DNA from: a virus
Taxonomy: Duplodnaviria; Caudoviricetes
Strand: one strand, 5' to 3'
Length of the DNA: 53,254 nt
IMG/VR virus record: IMGVR_UViG_3300048686_001049
Coordinates: 1 to 53,254 of that record
A program made the position numbers and the translations under genes. Shown here one piece after another: positions 36,765 to 46,354 of the stretch. The notes under the pieces are model-generated. The model had not been told where the DNA came from. It saw nothing but the letters and a program-made list of their open reading frames with translations, and made no database searches. Within the stretch, counting starts at the first letter, position 1; every line of letters starts with the position of its first letter.

Positions 36765-39700
36765 ATGTTCGAACCAATCATTATAAAGCTTGACTACTCG
36801 CCACGAGACGAAAGACATAGCAAGCAGATAAAAAGCGTGGCATCTAGACTCGGTAAAAGAATTGGTAGAGGCCTGGCGGGCAGGCCAAATATTGGTAAAA
36901 ACAGAAGAACGATTGGTTCTGGAAGAATTGACATACCCACTGGTGGTGTGCGTGGATACAAGAGACCAACAGGAAATCGTCGCGACATTGACAGAGATGG
37001 CTGGGCAGACGAAGGCACAACTAACCCTGTATGGGTCGGGCTGAGCGGTGGGCGAGATAGACCAATTATTGAAACCCAAAGAGCTAGACCAAAAATAAAT
37101 TTAAATAATCAAAAAATAAATGAAAGAAAAAAAATTCGCCAAAAAATTAAATATGGCGAAAGTTCTTTGGATGGTAAATTAATTAGTAAAAAAAACGGCC
37201 CCAAATGGTTGAATGGATTAAGCAATGAGCAGATTTCAAACATCCTCGTCCCCGACTCGTATCAGACTTATTCTCAAATGCTGGCCGATGGATTCGGTGT
37301 CGACAAAGAGACTATAGAAAAATATCTTGAATCTAGATGGGGGGTTGGAAAGCCTTGGTTGGAAATTGATTACTCGGAAAGTTCAACTAAGCAATTAAAA
37401 CAAGCACTCAAAACTGCTCTTGACGAATCGCCTATTTTTTCTTGGGCCGTAAGAAATTACGGCTCACCAACATATACGGTAATGACCAGAAAAAGTGCAG
37501 AAACATACAACAATCGAGATGCAGTAAGGCCATTATATGATGCACTCAAAAAAATGTATCCAGATGCACCTGGAGAGCCACAATTTGCCGCAAGCAATCA
37601 TCTTGATTTTGAAATGGTGACTTTTAATCCAATCAATGTGATTGATAAAAAATCATGGCAAACAAATGAACCAATTTCAAGCAGCTTTCAAACGTCTAAA
37701 TTACCATCTAGCTCCGACACCGTAATAGATAGAAGCATCTCTGGAACTATTTTGCATGAATGGGCTCATTGGTATCACTCTGAGATGCTTTTGGCAAATA
37801 TTGAAAGTTCCGAAAATAAAAAACGGTCACCCAAATCTCTAGTTAATCCTCAAGATTCAGATTTTGCCGAAAAAATAAAAATTGCACTTGAGTACAATTC
37901 TGATAATGGAAACATGAATCTTCATTCAACAAAAAAACCACTAGAAGATTCACAGAACGAGCCAAGGACGATTACATCTTATGGGCACGTGAGCAGGAAG
38001 GAAATGTTTGCAGAAGGGATGCTTGCCTATATGCACCCTAATGAGCAGCTAAAACTTAAGGCAATAAATAAAAAATTGAGACAAGATATAGAGACAATTT
38101 TAGCTGGAGATAAGGGCGTTGATGCGTGGAAAGACAGTAAGGCAAACATAAGAAGAGAAAAAAATATTTTAAGTTCGGGTAGAAAAAATCGTAAGCTAAC
38201 AAAATTGTCATCAGGTTCAAAAACTGAGGAACCCGAAAGACCAACGTACCCAAGACACCCTAGCTATGGTCCATTCCTTGATGGCGCTGATGACGTGTTT
38301 GCGGATGTAAAAAACTGGAAAGAATTCAAAGAAATTTACGATAATTTAGAAATAAATTTCTTTGACTACGAAACCACTGGATTGGTTTCTGACGAATTTC
38401 GACAATCGTCCGGTAATGGCGCTCCAGTGCAGTTTGGTGTAACAAAGACCAAAGGCGGCAAGGAAATTGGTCGACTAAATATTTTTATGAACCCGGGAGA
38501 AGAGCTTGGGGATTGGTCGAAAAAAAATCTTAAAAACAAAGACGGAGAACCACTTACTGACGAATGGCTGTCATCTCAAATATCGATAGCTGATGCGCAT
38601 AAAAAATTAATCGAATTTGTGGGTCCTGATGCAATTTTTGGAGTTCAAAATGCAGTATTTGATAAAACGGTACTAGAAGATGCACTGACATCATCAGGCA
38701 TCGAATGGAGACCAAAGGGCTGGGTAGATACGAAAGTTGTATCCGACTTAGTAATTCCTAAATGGACAAAAGAAAATCAAGACGCACCTTGGACTACTGA
38801 CGGGAAAACTGGTGAAAAAATTCCGTCAAGTAGCCTAAAGGCTTTGACCGAATATCTCAACATAGACCTTGGGAAAAAACACCATACAGCAGACGCTGAT
38901 GCGGCAGCCACATCAGAGTTGATGTCAAAAATTATTGATAAAGCAATTGAGAAAAATTGGAGCAACGATATTTTTGATAAAAATTGGCGCGACCAAAAAA
39001 TCAAAGACAAATTAGAAAACTATCAACAAAAAATTATTGATTTTGAACAACAAAAAAGTAATTGGATTTCTGAAACGTCGCCTAAAAAATCCACAGTGCC
39101 AAAAGAAGTGGAGAAAAAAGAATTTGGTTTTGGTAGACTATCTAGTGGTACCACTTCGTACAAGGGCCGTCACGAATCTCCTGATGCGTCAAGTGGGGCA
39201 CCTCTACACAACCTGGCTAATGGCGCCATATATCCAGAAGATATCTATGGTCCAAATGGGGCGAACCTTTATGGGGGCGCATTCCCGGATTTAGCTCAAA
39301 AAGCTGTTGCTATTTTTAGAAAACTCCGCAATAAACCAGACTCTGAATTAACCATATATAGGGCGGTCCCAAGGGGCAAAAACATTAAAGAAGGCGACTG
39401 GGTAACGATTCTCCCCGAATACGCAAAAATACATGGAGATAGTTGGTTGAAAGACAACTATGAAATAGTGACCAAGAAGGTAAAAGCAAAAGAATTATTT
39501 AATGAAGGTAATTCACTTCTTGAATTTGGTTATCACTCAAAATTGTCTTCTGGCAAATACGATGGTGCCCCTACGTATAAAGGAAAAGTCTGGAAAGATA
39601 GAAAAAACGAATTAGATGGCCCTGTGTGGCCATTTCGGTCTCAAGCCAAACAGTACCCAGACGATGGTCCGTCGGGAATTTCATATTTTAAAGGCGTAGT

Positions 39701-42700
39701 TGATGATTCAACATGGGTTGATTGTCTGCTTTATAGAGATGATTCAGGAAAAGTTATTGGCATCTTAAATCATTATCCATTTGCTCTTGTGGACCCAGAT
39801 GACCCGCGAATTGTGGAAAGACGCGGGAATATTAATATCTTTATTGACCCAAAACATCAAGGTAAAGGTATAGCGACAAAACTTGTAGATGAAGCAGTTT
39901 CTCGATATAACGTCGACCTACGCAGGCAGCGATATAGCGAAGATGGCGCAAATTTTATAAACAGGTATATACGTAAGCTTCCCGAAAATAGGGATAAATC
40001 AAAACTTTCATCTGGAAGCCAACCACGAATAAATCTTTCTGATGAAGAAAAACGCGAAATCATAGCTATCGCATCTCAAAGAACCGATGATTTCTCAAAA
40101 AGTGTTGTTGAGCAATTCAGAAGGAATGGAAAGCTCTCAGATAGACAATGGAACGCCCTTAATAAAGCGACTCTTAGACGTTCAAGATTAAGTTCTGGAA
40201 TGAATACCCCTGAACTCAGCGAGATGAGCAAGCAAAGACTTCAACGCCGAATTGACTCATATGAAGCCGCAGTAAAAAAGGGAGATGGTAGTGAGTCTAA
40301 ATTACCATGGGATAAAAATGGGAAAATTAAAGAAAAACCAATTATTGTTTCTGAAGTAGATGACGACTACGACGATGACGAAGAAATGAGTGCAGAAGAA
40401 AAAGAAAACCAAGCCGCATATCGCGAAACTTCAAATATTAGTCCTGCAGAGATGGCTAGAAGAATAGAGCGAGAAAAAGCATCCAAGGAAAGACTCTCAT
40501 CTCCTGAGTACTTAGAGGAGAGTCGCCTTAGGCGTGTAGCAAGAAATAAAGGTAAGGAAACCAGCACGCACAACGCAGATGGAACGTTGAAAACAGAAAA
40601 TAAACCGAAACTATCGTCTGGTAAAACCAACAGAGCCAATAGAAGAGCCAATAATTCAAGATTAAGCTCGGGTAAAAACACTGACACCGAGCCTCAGTTT
40701 TTGCCAATCGAAAACCTAACAGCGGCACGAGACTCGAATACAGATACAAATCTACAAACACCCGCAAAGAGACGGGTGTATGTGAAGTCAAAGATACCAA
40801 AGGTCGGTCGGTTTAAAGAAGCAGACTACCCGTTAAACGTTCAACTGTCTATCGTAGAAGACTATAAAGATAAAAGAAAAACACTTTCTTATATTGCAAA
40901 AAAACACAATGTCTCTATTAGTGTCGTCCAATTTTTGGCACGGCAATATAATTTGCCATACAGGGTAAACAATCCGAAGTCTCCTCGACGACAAAGAATT
41001 ATTGAAGCCATCAGAAACGATATGCCGTTTGAAGAAATTATGGAAAAATTCAATACCTCAAGAGAAGAAGTGATAAAACTTAAAAATATTTCAGAATCTG
41101 CTAAAGCAAGAAAATTAAGACTAACTAGAGAAAAGATTAGAAGACAAAAAAAAGAAGAAAAAATAATCCAACTATTTAATGATGGTTTAAGAATCACCGA
41201 GGTTGCGAGGCTCACCAAGATGGATATCTCGGCAGTAGCCGACGTGTTGCTTGCCAACGAGGGAACAAAACCAAAACTAATAGCGAGAAGGGACGGAAGT
41301 CAGCCTTATCGGTCGATTCTTATACCACAGGTTCGTGAACTATTTAAAAATGGACTGAACATCGCCCAGATTGGAAAAACACTAAAAAAAGACATTAAAA
41401 TAATCCGCAAAATTGTAAATGAAGATGAGGAATTATCAAAATTGCAAAGAGAAAGAATTAAGAAAAGATTTTTACTTGCTCAAATTAGTGAGGAACTTAG
41501 AGAATTTTTCATAAACGGTGGGAGCATGGAAGGCGCAATTGAAAAATTTGGTTTATCACGAAAGCAGATTAAACAATGGAGAGAAAGACAAGCGGCACAA
41601 TCACAAAAACAACCAGGAATACCCCGACTACCCCGACTACAAAGAGGACTCGAGAATGGAACGTTGAAAACAGAAAATAAACCGAAACTATCGTCTGGCA
41701 AAACCAACAGAGCTAACAGAAGAGCCAATAATTCAAGATTAAGCTCGGGTCAATCACCAGTTTTTGATGACCAAGAAAAAAAACAAATACTTGACACTTT
41801 GGAAAAAGAATTCCCCGGCGGAATAACTAATACGATAGCGAAAATTGCAGACTATTCGGGAAGTAGGTTTCAAAATAATAAAAATGACCAAGTGGAGCTT
41901 AGTCCAGAAGAAAAAAAAGCTGTTAAAGCACTTGAAGATTTAGGCAAAATAATTGACCAAAAAATATCAAAATTGATTAATGAAAGAAAGACCACAGAAG
42001 GCTCGAAAGAATCTCAAGAAATACGTTTATTATCTGAAAAAGAAAAAACATACCAAAAAGTTGCTAGTTATTTTAACGCAATACAAAAGGTTATTGACAG
42101 CAAGTATGAGGATGTGGCCAAAATCGACAAACAGGTAAGGAAATCAATAGTTTCCAACATATATAAAATTCCAAAAAAAACGTCAAACATAGACATGGAA
42201 TATATGATGAATAGCAACAAGATATCTGGCTCCCATTTAGTTCAACTAATAAAAGATGTCAGAAAAAATTTAACTGCCGGAGAACTCCTTAAGATAGATG
42301 ATGCCTGGGATGGCTTCTTTGACGGCCAACCGGTAGTCAATTTTAGTGATAGCACCCGCTATTACATTAAGAGTTGGAAAGACAGGCTATACCTTACGGA
42401 TTTAGTTAGTGAAGCCGATATGGCATTTTTAGAATTGAAAGAGAATAAAGCAATCACACACGACATCATGAGGACTCTAAATCTTGCTGACCAAATATTA
42501 AAATCTCTTATTCAACAAACTCAAAGAGAAGAACGTAAAATTTCAGAATTATCAGATGCGGAAGTATTGGATTTTATAGAACGAGAAATATATCAAAACG
42601 GAGAGGCTTTTGGCCCGAAACTTGGTTCAAAGAAATATCGTCGAAACATATTAACCGGTCAAGCGTTTACTTCTGGAGAAGATTCCCCAAATCCACTTCC

Positions 42701-43976
42701 CGAACTTAATGAACCGCCTTTAGTTGCCGTGTTTAATGAAAAATCAGCAAAAGATTTACTCATTAAGACAATACGGGAAGCACTTGTAGACGAAGACGTT
42801 AATCAAGTATTCAATAAATCACTTAAAGCAAGAGAAGATATTGGTGTTGATTATGATGAAAAGCTTGGCGAAGGTGTCAACTCGCAATACCTATTGCCAC
42901 AAAATCTTCCATTCATAGAATTTTTAAAATTATATAATGAGAAACGTTCTATTTTTCAAAGGGAAACATTTGAGCTATTAAAAGAAACACAATCTCTGAC
43001 CGAGCGAGGCTCTCTGCCAGAGCTTACAAAATATGGGCTTCAGGATTTCCTAGAAAGACAAGAAGCAGAACTAAAAAGAGAATTATTTGTTCAGGCCTTG
43101 GGGGAATTAGGTGTTAGATTTACGCAACCAGAAAATGTAAAAAAAACAGTAGTTCGTCTTTATATGCAAAGATTGAACGACTTTTATCTATGGGCTAAAA
43201 ATCTTAACCCTAATGAAGACTTCGGTAAATACAATCCGTATGAGTACATAGGTGGCGAGAAGGGACAGCGACACGCAACGACCATCCCATTAATGAACAA
43301 AGTTTTATCATTAATCCCCGAGAATTTAACCAATGGTTCATTGATTGTTGAATTACCGCCCAAAGAAGCTGAAAGACTTGCAAACCTAGGAGCCGCAGAA
43401 ACGTTTGGTTATTTAGGGAGACAACGAGCCATTTCAAAATATTTTTCTGACGCATGGAATAAAAACCCTCTTGAAAAAGGAGGTCATAAATTAGGTATAA
43501 TTTGGCGTCTTGTGCCAGGAAAAAACAGGGCTCATGCACATAATGTTCTAAACGGAAAAGTTTTAATTACCCAAGAACCAGCACCAGTAGATGGTCCCAC
43601 AGATGATTGGGAGTCAGTGGCTTTGCACGAAATATCTCACGGCGTTGAATACGCCAACCCGGTTGTGACCGCGCTCGAATGGATGTACTGGGCGTCTAGA
43701 AGAAAAGCGAATGAGCAAATAGTAACGTTACGACATAAAAACGGGAAAAAATATAGAGATAAAAGCGAAGTTGGTATAGTTGATGAATGGGGAAACAGCT
43801 ATGCGGGCAAAATATATCAAGGAAGACCATTTGATGCTTTAGAGATATTTACCACCGGTATGCAAGCGATATTTTACGAAAATACAAGCAAAAATGCAGA
43901 CCCTTCACATAGGGCGTTTACGATTGGTGTTCTGATAGCGACTGGACTTGCCGATAAGGGAGGGTCTAATGGCTAA
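36765..43976 (+). CDS. Giant polyvalent protein 3 (about 2400 aa): leader, zincin, DEDDh exonuclease, ART-like, GNAT, tandem HTHs and C-terminal zincin, with 10 LSSG motifs
   Basis: Likely ATG at 36765 (TTG 36717 possible); HEWAH (37755)...SYG...EMFAE; FDYETTG...QNAVFD...HHTADADA; YRAVP..GDWVT..YAKIHG; IDPKHQGKGIATKL; HEISH (43626)...EIFTTG. Confidence 0.88.
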   Translation: MFEPIIIKLDYSPRDERHSKQIKSVASRLGKRIGRGLAGRPNIGKNRRTIGSGRIDIPTGGVRGYKRPTGNRRDIDRDGWADEGTTNPVWVGLSGGRDRPIIETQRARPKINLNNQKINERKKIRQKIKYGESSLDGKLISKKNGPKWLNGLSNEQISNILVPDSYQTYSQMLADGFGVDKETIEKYLESRWGVGKPWLEIDYSESSTKQLKQALKTALDESPIFSWAVRNYGSPTYTVMTRKSAETYNNRDAVRPLYDALKKMYPDAPGEPQFAASNHLDFEMVTFNPINVIDKKSWQTNEPISSSFQTSKLPSSSDTVIDRSISGTILHEWAHWYHSEMLLANIESSENKKRSPKSLVNPQDSDFAEKIKIALEYNSDNGNMNLHSTKKPLEDSQNEPRTITSYGHVSRKEMFAEGMLAYMHPNEQLKLKAINKKLRQDIETILAGDKGVDAWKDSKANIRREKNILSSGRKNRKLTKLSSGSKTEEPERPTYPRHPSYGPFLDGADDVFADVKNWKEFKEIYDNLEINFFDYETTGLVSDEFRQSSGNGAPVQFGVTKTKGGKEIGRLNIFMNPGEELGDWSKKNLKNKDGEPLTDEWLSSQISIADAHKKLIEFVGPDAIFGVQNAVFDKTVLEDALTSSGIEWRPKGWVDTKVVSDLVIPKWTKENQDAPWTTDGKTGEKIPSSSLKALTEYLNIDLGKKHHTADADAAATSELMSKIIDKAIEKNWSNDIFDKNWRDQKIKDKLENYQQKIIDFEQQKSNWISETSPKKSTVPKEVEKKEFGFGRLSSGTTSYKGRHESPDASSGAPLHNLANGAIYPEDIYGPNGANLYGGAFPDLAQKAVAIFRKLRNKPDSELTIYRAVPRGKNIKEGDWVTILPEYAKIHGDSWLKDNYEIVTKKVKAKELFNEGNSLLEFGYHSKLSSGKYDGAPTYKGKVWKDRKNELDGPVWPFRSQAKQYPDDGPSGISYFKGVVDDSTWVDCLLYRDDSGKVIGILNHYPFALVDPDDPRIVERRGNINIFIDPKHQGKGIATKLVDEAVSRYNVDLRRQRYSEDGANFINRYIRKLPENRDKSKLSSGSQPRINLSDEEKREIIAIASQRTDDFSKSVVEQFRRNGKLSDRQWNALNKATLRRSRLSSGMNTPELSEMSKQRLQRRIDSYEAAVKKGDGSESKLPWDKNGKIKEKPIIVSEVDDDYDDDEEMSAEEKENQAAYRETSNISPAEMARRIEREKASKERLSSPEYLEESRLRRVARNKGKETSTHNADGTLKTENKPKLSSGKTNRANRRANNSRLSSGKNTDTEPQFLPIENLTAARDSNTDTNLQTPAKRRVYVKSKIPKVGRFKEADYPLNVQLSIVEDYKDKRKTLSYIAKKHNVSISVVQFLARQYNLPYRVNNPKSPRRQRIIEAIRNDMPFEEIMEKFNTSREEVIKLKNISESAKARKLRLTREKIRRQKKEEKIIQLFNDGLRITEVARLTKMDISAVADVLLANEGTKPKLIARRDGSQPYRSILIPQVRELFKNGLNIAQIGKTLKKDIKIIRKIVNEDEELSKLQRERIKKRFLLAQISEELREFFINGGSMEGAIEKFGLSRKQIKQWRERQAAQSQKQPGIPRLPRLQRGLENGTLKTENKPKLSSGKTNRANRRANNSRLSSGQSPVFDDQEKKQILDTLEKEFPGGITNTIAKIADYSGSRFQNNKNDQVELSPEEKKAVKALEDLGKIIDQKISKLINERKTTEGSKESQEIRLLSEKEKTYQKVASYFNAIQKVIDSKYEDVAKIDKQVRKSIVSNIYKIPKKTSNIDMEYMMNSNKISGSHLVQLIKDVRKNLTAGELLKIDDAWDGFFDGQPVVNFSDSTRYYIKSWKDRLYLTDLVSEADMAFLELKENKAITHDIMRTLNLADQILKSLIQQTQREERKISELSDAEVLDFIEREIYQNGEAFGPKLGSKKYRRNILTGQAFTSGEDSPNPLPELNEPPLVAVFNEKSAKDLLIKTIREALVDEDVNQVFNKSLKAREDIGVDYDEKLGEGVNSQYLLPQNLPFIEFLKLYNEKRSIFQRETFELLKETQSLTERGSLPELTKYGLQDFLERQEAELKRELFVQALGELGVRFTQPENVKKTVVRLYMQRLNDFYLWAKNLNPNEDFGKYNPYEYIGGEKGQRHATTIPLMNKVLSLIPENLTNGSLIVELPPKEAERLANLGAAETFGYLGRQRAISKYFSDAWNKNPLEKGGHKLGIIWRLVPGKNRAHAHNVLNGKVLITQEPAPVDGPTDDWESVALHEISHGVEYANPVVTALEWMYWASRRKANEQIVTLRHKNGKKYRDKSEVGIVDEWGNSYAGKIYQGRPFDALEIFTTGMQAIFYENTSKNADPSHRAFTIGVLIATGLADKGGSNG
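40579..41750 (+). repeat. 95-bp direct repeats (40579-40673 and 41656-41750) flanking an HTH cassette
   Basis: Three mismatches, all synonymous; each copy encodes GTLKTENKPKLSSGKTNRANRRANNSRLSSG. Confidence 0.95.
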
Positions 43977-44322
43977 TTATGAGCAAAAAAAAATATATGG
44001 TTGGTTGAAGTCTTCAGAAAACAATATATCCGTAGAGGAAACCAATGAAGGGGTAATTTTTGAACCTCTAAGTTTTGATTTTTTCGCCAGGAACTACATC
44101 ATTCCGCCATCGTTTTTGGCCTTAGGGGGCACTTATATCGTATACACCAACCCGCCCCCTGAGTCTGGCAGCTTTGATAGTGGTCAAATTTATATGCACA
44201 TAATGAATGAATACGCCAAAACAAAAAACGACACACTAGAGATTAATGACGTTGTTGGGATTGATGAACAACCATCACCAGAGCTGGACATTCATCCCGA
44301 CAACACACAGATTGTCTATTAA
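43969..44322 (+). CDS. Small acidic protein coupled to polyprotein 3
   Basis: GGGAGG RBS; ATG at 43969 lies just inside the upstream gene, whose stop is 43974-43976. Confidence 0.75.
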   Translation: MANYEQKKIYGWLKSSENNISVEETNEGVIFEPLSFDFFARNYIIPPSFLALGGTYIVYTNPPPESGSFDSGQIYMHIMNEYAKTKNDTLEINDVVGIDEQPSPELDIHPDNTQIVY

Positions 44323-44370
44323 TATTTTGTATTAAAATAATGTACTATCTTCTAATGGAAAATCTCAATT

Positions 44371-44595
44371 ATGCTGCCTTTTAGCGACGACGAGCTTTCG
44401 TCACAAATGGCGGTTTTGGCATCTAACCAAAAAGAAAGAAATAATGATTTAGATGCGATGCTTGATTTTGCCGTAGAGGTTTATGCCAAGAAGCGACGTT
44501 TCAAAACCGGAGAATTAGTTAATCCCCCAAAAGACGCTCCTGAATCTTTAGTAAAAGAGACAGAATCTTCAGACGAATCATCAAAAACACAATAG
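44371..44595 (+). CDS. Hypothetical protein
   Basis: 74 aa ORF; TACTAT -10-like element upstream. Confidence 0.55.
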   Translation: MLPFSDDELSSQMAVLASNQKERNNDLDAMLDFAVEVYAKKRRFKTGELVNPPKDAPESLVKETESSDESSKTQ

Positions 44596-44601
44596 TCAAA
44601 G

Positions 44602-44829
44602 CTATTTTGTATTTTTTGATTTGCGAAGACTGCTGGACAAAACGCTTAATTCAGAATCAAAAATTTGATTATATTCCTTAGCGTGTTTGTGTTGCAACAC
44701 GATATGGGCACGACGTCTTGCTTCTTGTCTTATTGCGGTAAGTTCTGCCCTTGCTTCTTTTTCTGCGGCGCTTAGTTTTGGCCTACCTCGGCCCAATCCG
44801 CTTGACTTCAATTTATTGTATTCAGACAT
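44602..44829 (-). CDS. Small basic DNA-binding protein (AT-hook-like GRGRPK)
   Basis: AAGGAG RBS; GRGRPKL followed by a helix. Confidence 0.75.
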   Translation of the reverse strand: MSEYNKLKSSGLGRGRPKLSAAEKEARAELTAIRQEARRRAHIVLQHKHAKEYNQIFDSELSVLSSSLRKSKNTK

Positions 44830-44971
44830 TATTGCTCCTTTTTAATTATTGACTGTAGGTAGTAACAATTATATTAAGACAAAATGAGAAAACAACCTTT
44901 TTAAAAGAAAATCTAAAATTCTTGGTCAAGCTCAACCTGCTAGGCTGGAACACAAGCAAAAGGAGGCTTTC

Positions 44972-45217
44972 GTGGCTAGAGATAAAGGCAAGACATATAA
45001 GTCAAAGTATTTTGGTGACGGCGAGGATGATTTCAGCGAAACAGAATGGGAAAAAAAATTATGGGTTTTGGTTCGTGACGCCTATGCCAAAGAAATTAAG
45101 AAAAACCCTAATTTTGTTGCCCCAGATTGGGTCACAATTACTGATTGCGAAGAGGAACTAAGAAATTCCGGGGTAGTTCAAACTTTTAGACAGTTTGGTA
45201 AGGTCATAAAAAATTAA
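44972..45217 (+). CDS. Hypothetical protein
   Basis: AAGGAGG RBS before GTG. Confidence 0.75.
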   Translation: MARDKGKTYKSKYFGDGEDDFSETEWEKKLWVLVRDAYAKEIKKNPNFVAPDWVTITDCEEELRNSGVVQTFRQFGKVIKN

Positions 45218-45228
45218 ATCTATAAAAC

Positions 45229-45280
45229 AAAAATCCCCTTGTCTCTCTTTCTCGGAAGAGAATTAACAAGGGGGTTTTAG
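45229..45280. terminator. Bidirectional intrinsic terminator
   Basis: AAAATCCCCTTGT...ACAAGGGGGTTTT between convergent genes. Confidence 0.75.
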
Positions 45281-45303
45281 TTTAATTGAAACTTACAACG
45301 CTA

Positions 45304-45768
45304 TTAGAAGGGTTCAGATTCCTCTGCGCCCACTGTTTGTAGTGCTGGCTTTGAACGGCGTTGCTGATTTGCTGCTTGTGGCGGCCTGGCTGAGGACTGA
45401 GCCCCACCCTCTTGCTTTGCACGACGTGTTACCGCGTCAATGCTTCGACAAGCAATTGCTACTTCATCAGCGACCAACTCAATAGCTGAACGCTTATTAC
45501 CTTCTTTGTCTTCGTAGCTGCGTTGTTCAAGTCTGCCAATCGCAATTACTCCGATTCCCTTTTCAAGTGTTTTTGCTGCATTCTCGGCAGTGTAACGCCA
45601 TGCAACAACATTGAAAAATGATACTTTCTCTTGCTTTTCTCCAGCTTGGTCGTACCATACATAATTTGATGCTACGGAAAAAGACAGGCGAGCCTGTCCG
45701 CTACTGGTAAATGTGAGTTCGGGTTCGCTTGTGACGTTCCCCGTAATCACGGTTGGTGTTGGGTTCAT
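45304..45768 (-). CDS. ssb: Single-stranded DNA-binding protein
   Basis: ITGNVTSEPELTFT..G, FFNVVAWR..AEN, GRLEQRSYE, ELVADEV, acidic C-terminal EPF; AAGGAG RBS. Confidence 0.95.
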   Translation of the reverse strand: MNPTPTVITGNVTSEPELTFTSSGQARLSFSVASNYVWYDQAGEKQEKVSFFNVVAWRYTAENAAKTLEKGIGVIAIGRLEQRSYEDKEGNKRSAIELVADEVAIACRSIDAVTRRAKQEGGAQSSARPPQAANQQRRSKPALQTVGAEESEPF

Positions 45769-45868
45769 TTCTTCTCCTTGGTTCTACGTAAATACTGACA
45801 ACTTGTCAGCAGATAAACCATATCAGCTTATTCGCACGTCCGCAACTACTGGGTGCTAGGGTTCTTTT

Positions 45869-46201
45869 ATGGCAAAAAACAAAGTAATTAAATCAAAAGA
45901 AGGCCTAGTTTTGGGCAAGACAAAAGAAGACGGCATAGAAGCCGTACAAGCACTAAGCACTAGTGACGCCACCCTGCAAATTAGCTCCCATATGGCCGCA
46001 ATGATGTTTTTTCTTTTCGGGGATTCAGAGGCGACACCCGAGGAGGATGAAGAGTTCGACGACGTAACATTAAATTTTGCGAGCTTATTGTGTGCTTCAA
46101 TGAATTTAGATGTCAAAAGTATTAATCCAAATGGAGAAATTACATTAACAGTAAAGCTTGAAGATATTAATAAATTCTTGCGGGAAATGCTTTCTGAATA
46201 G
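45869..46201 (+). CDS. Hypothetical acidic protein
   Basis: 110 aa ATG ORF. Confidence 0.65.
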   Translation: MAKNKVIKSKEGLVLGKTKEDGIEAVQALSTSDATLQISSHMAAMMFFLFGDSEATPEEDEEFDDVTLNFASLLCASMNLDVKSINPNGEITLTVKLEDINKFLREMLSE

Positions 46202-46354
46202 TTTATGAAGCCGGGGAAACCCTTATAAACAAAGGCTACAAAAGTAATGTTGCGCCCAACATTTTGCTTTGATATAATGGAATTACTCATAAATACATAG
46301 GCAAGCCATTTACTAAAAGCTTGTTGCCCTATCAACCGACACTAGGAGTCAAAA

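Noticed and set aside
40579-41750. 95-bp repeat pair as a DGR template/variable repeat
   Set aside because: Only three synonymous transitions, both copies are in frame in one gene, and there is no reverse transcriptase in the window.
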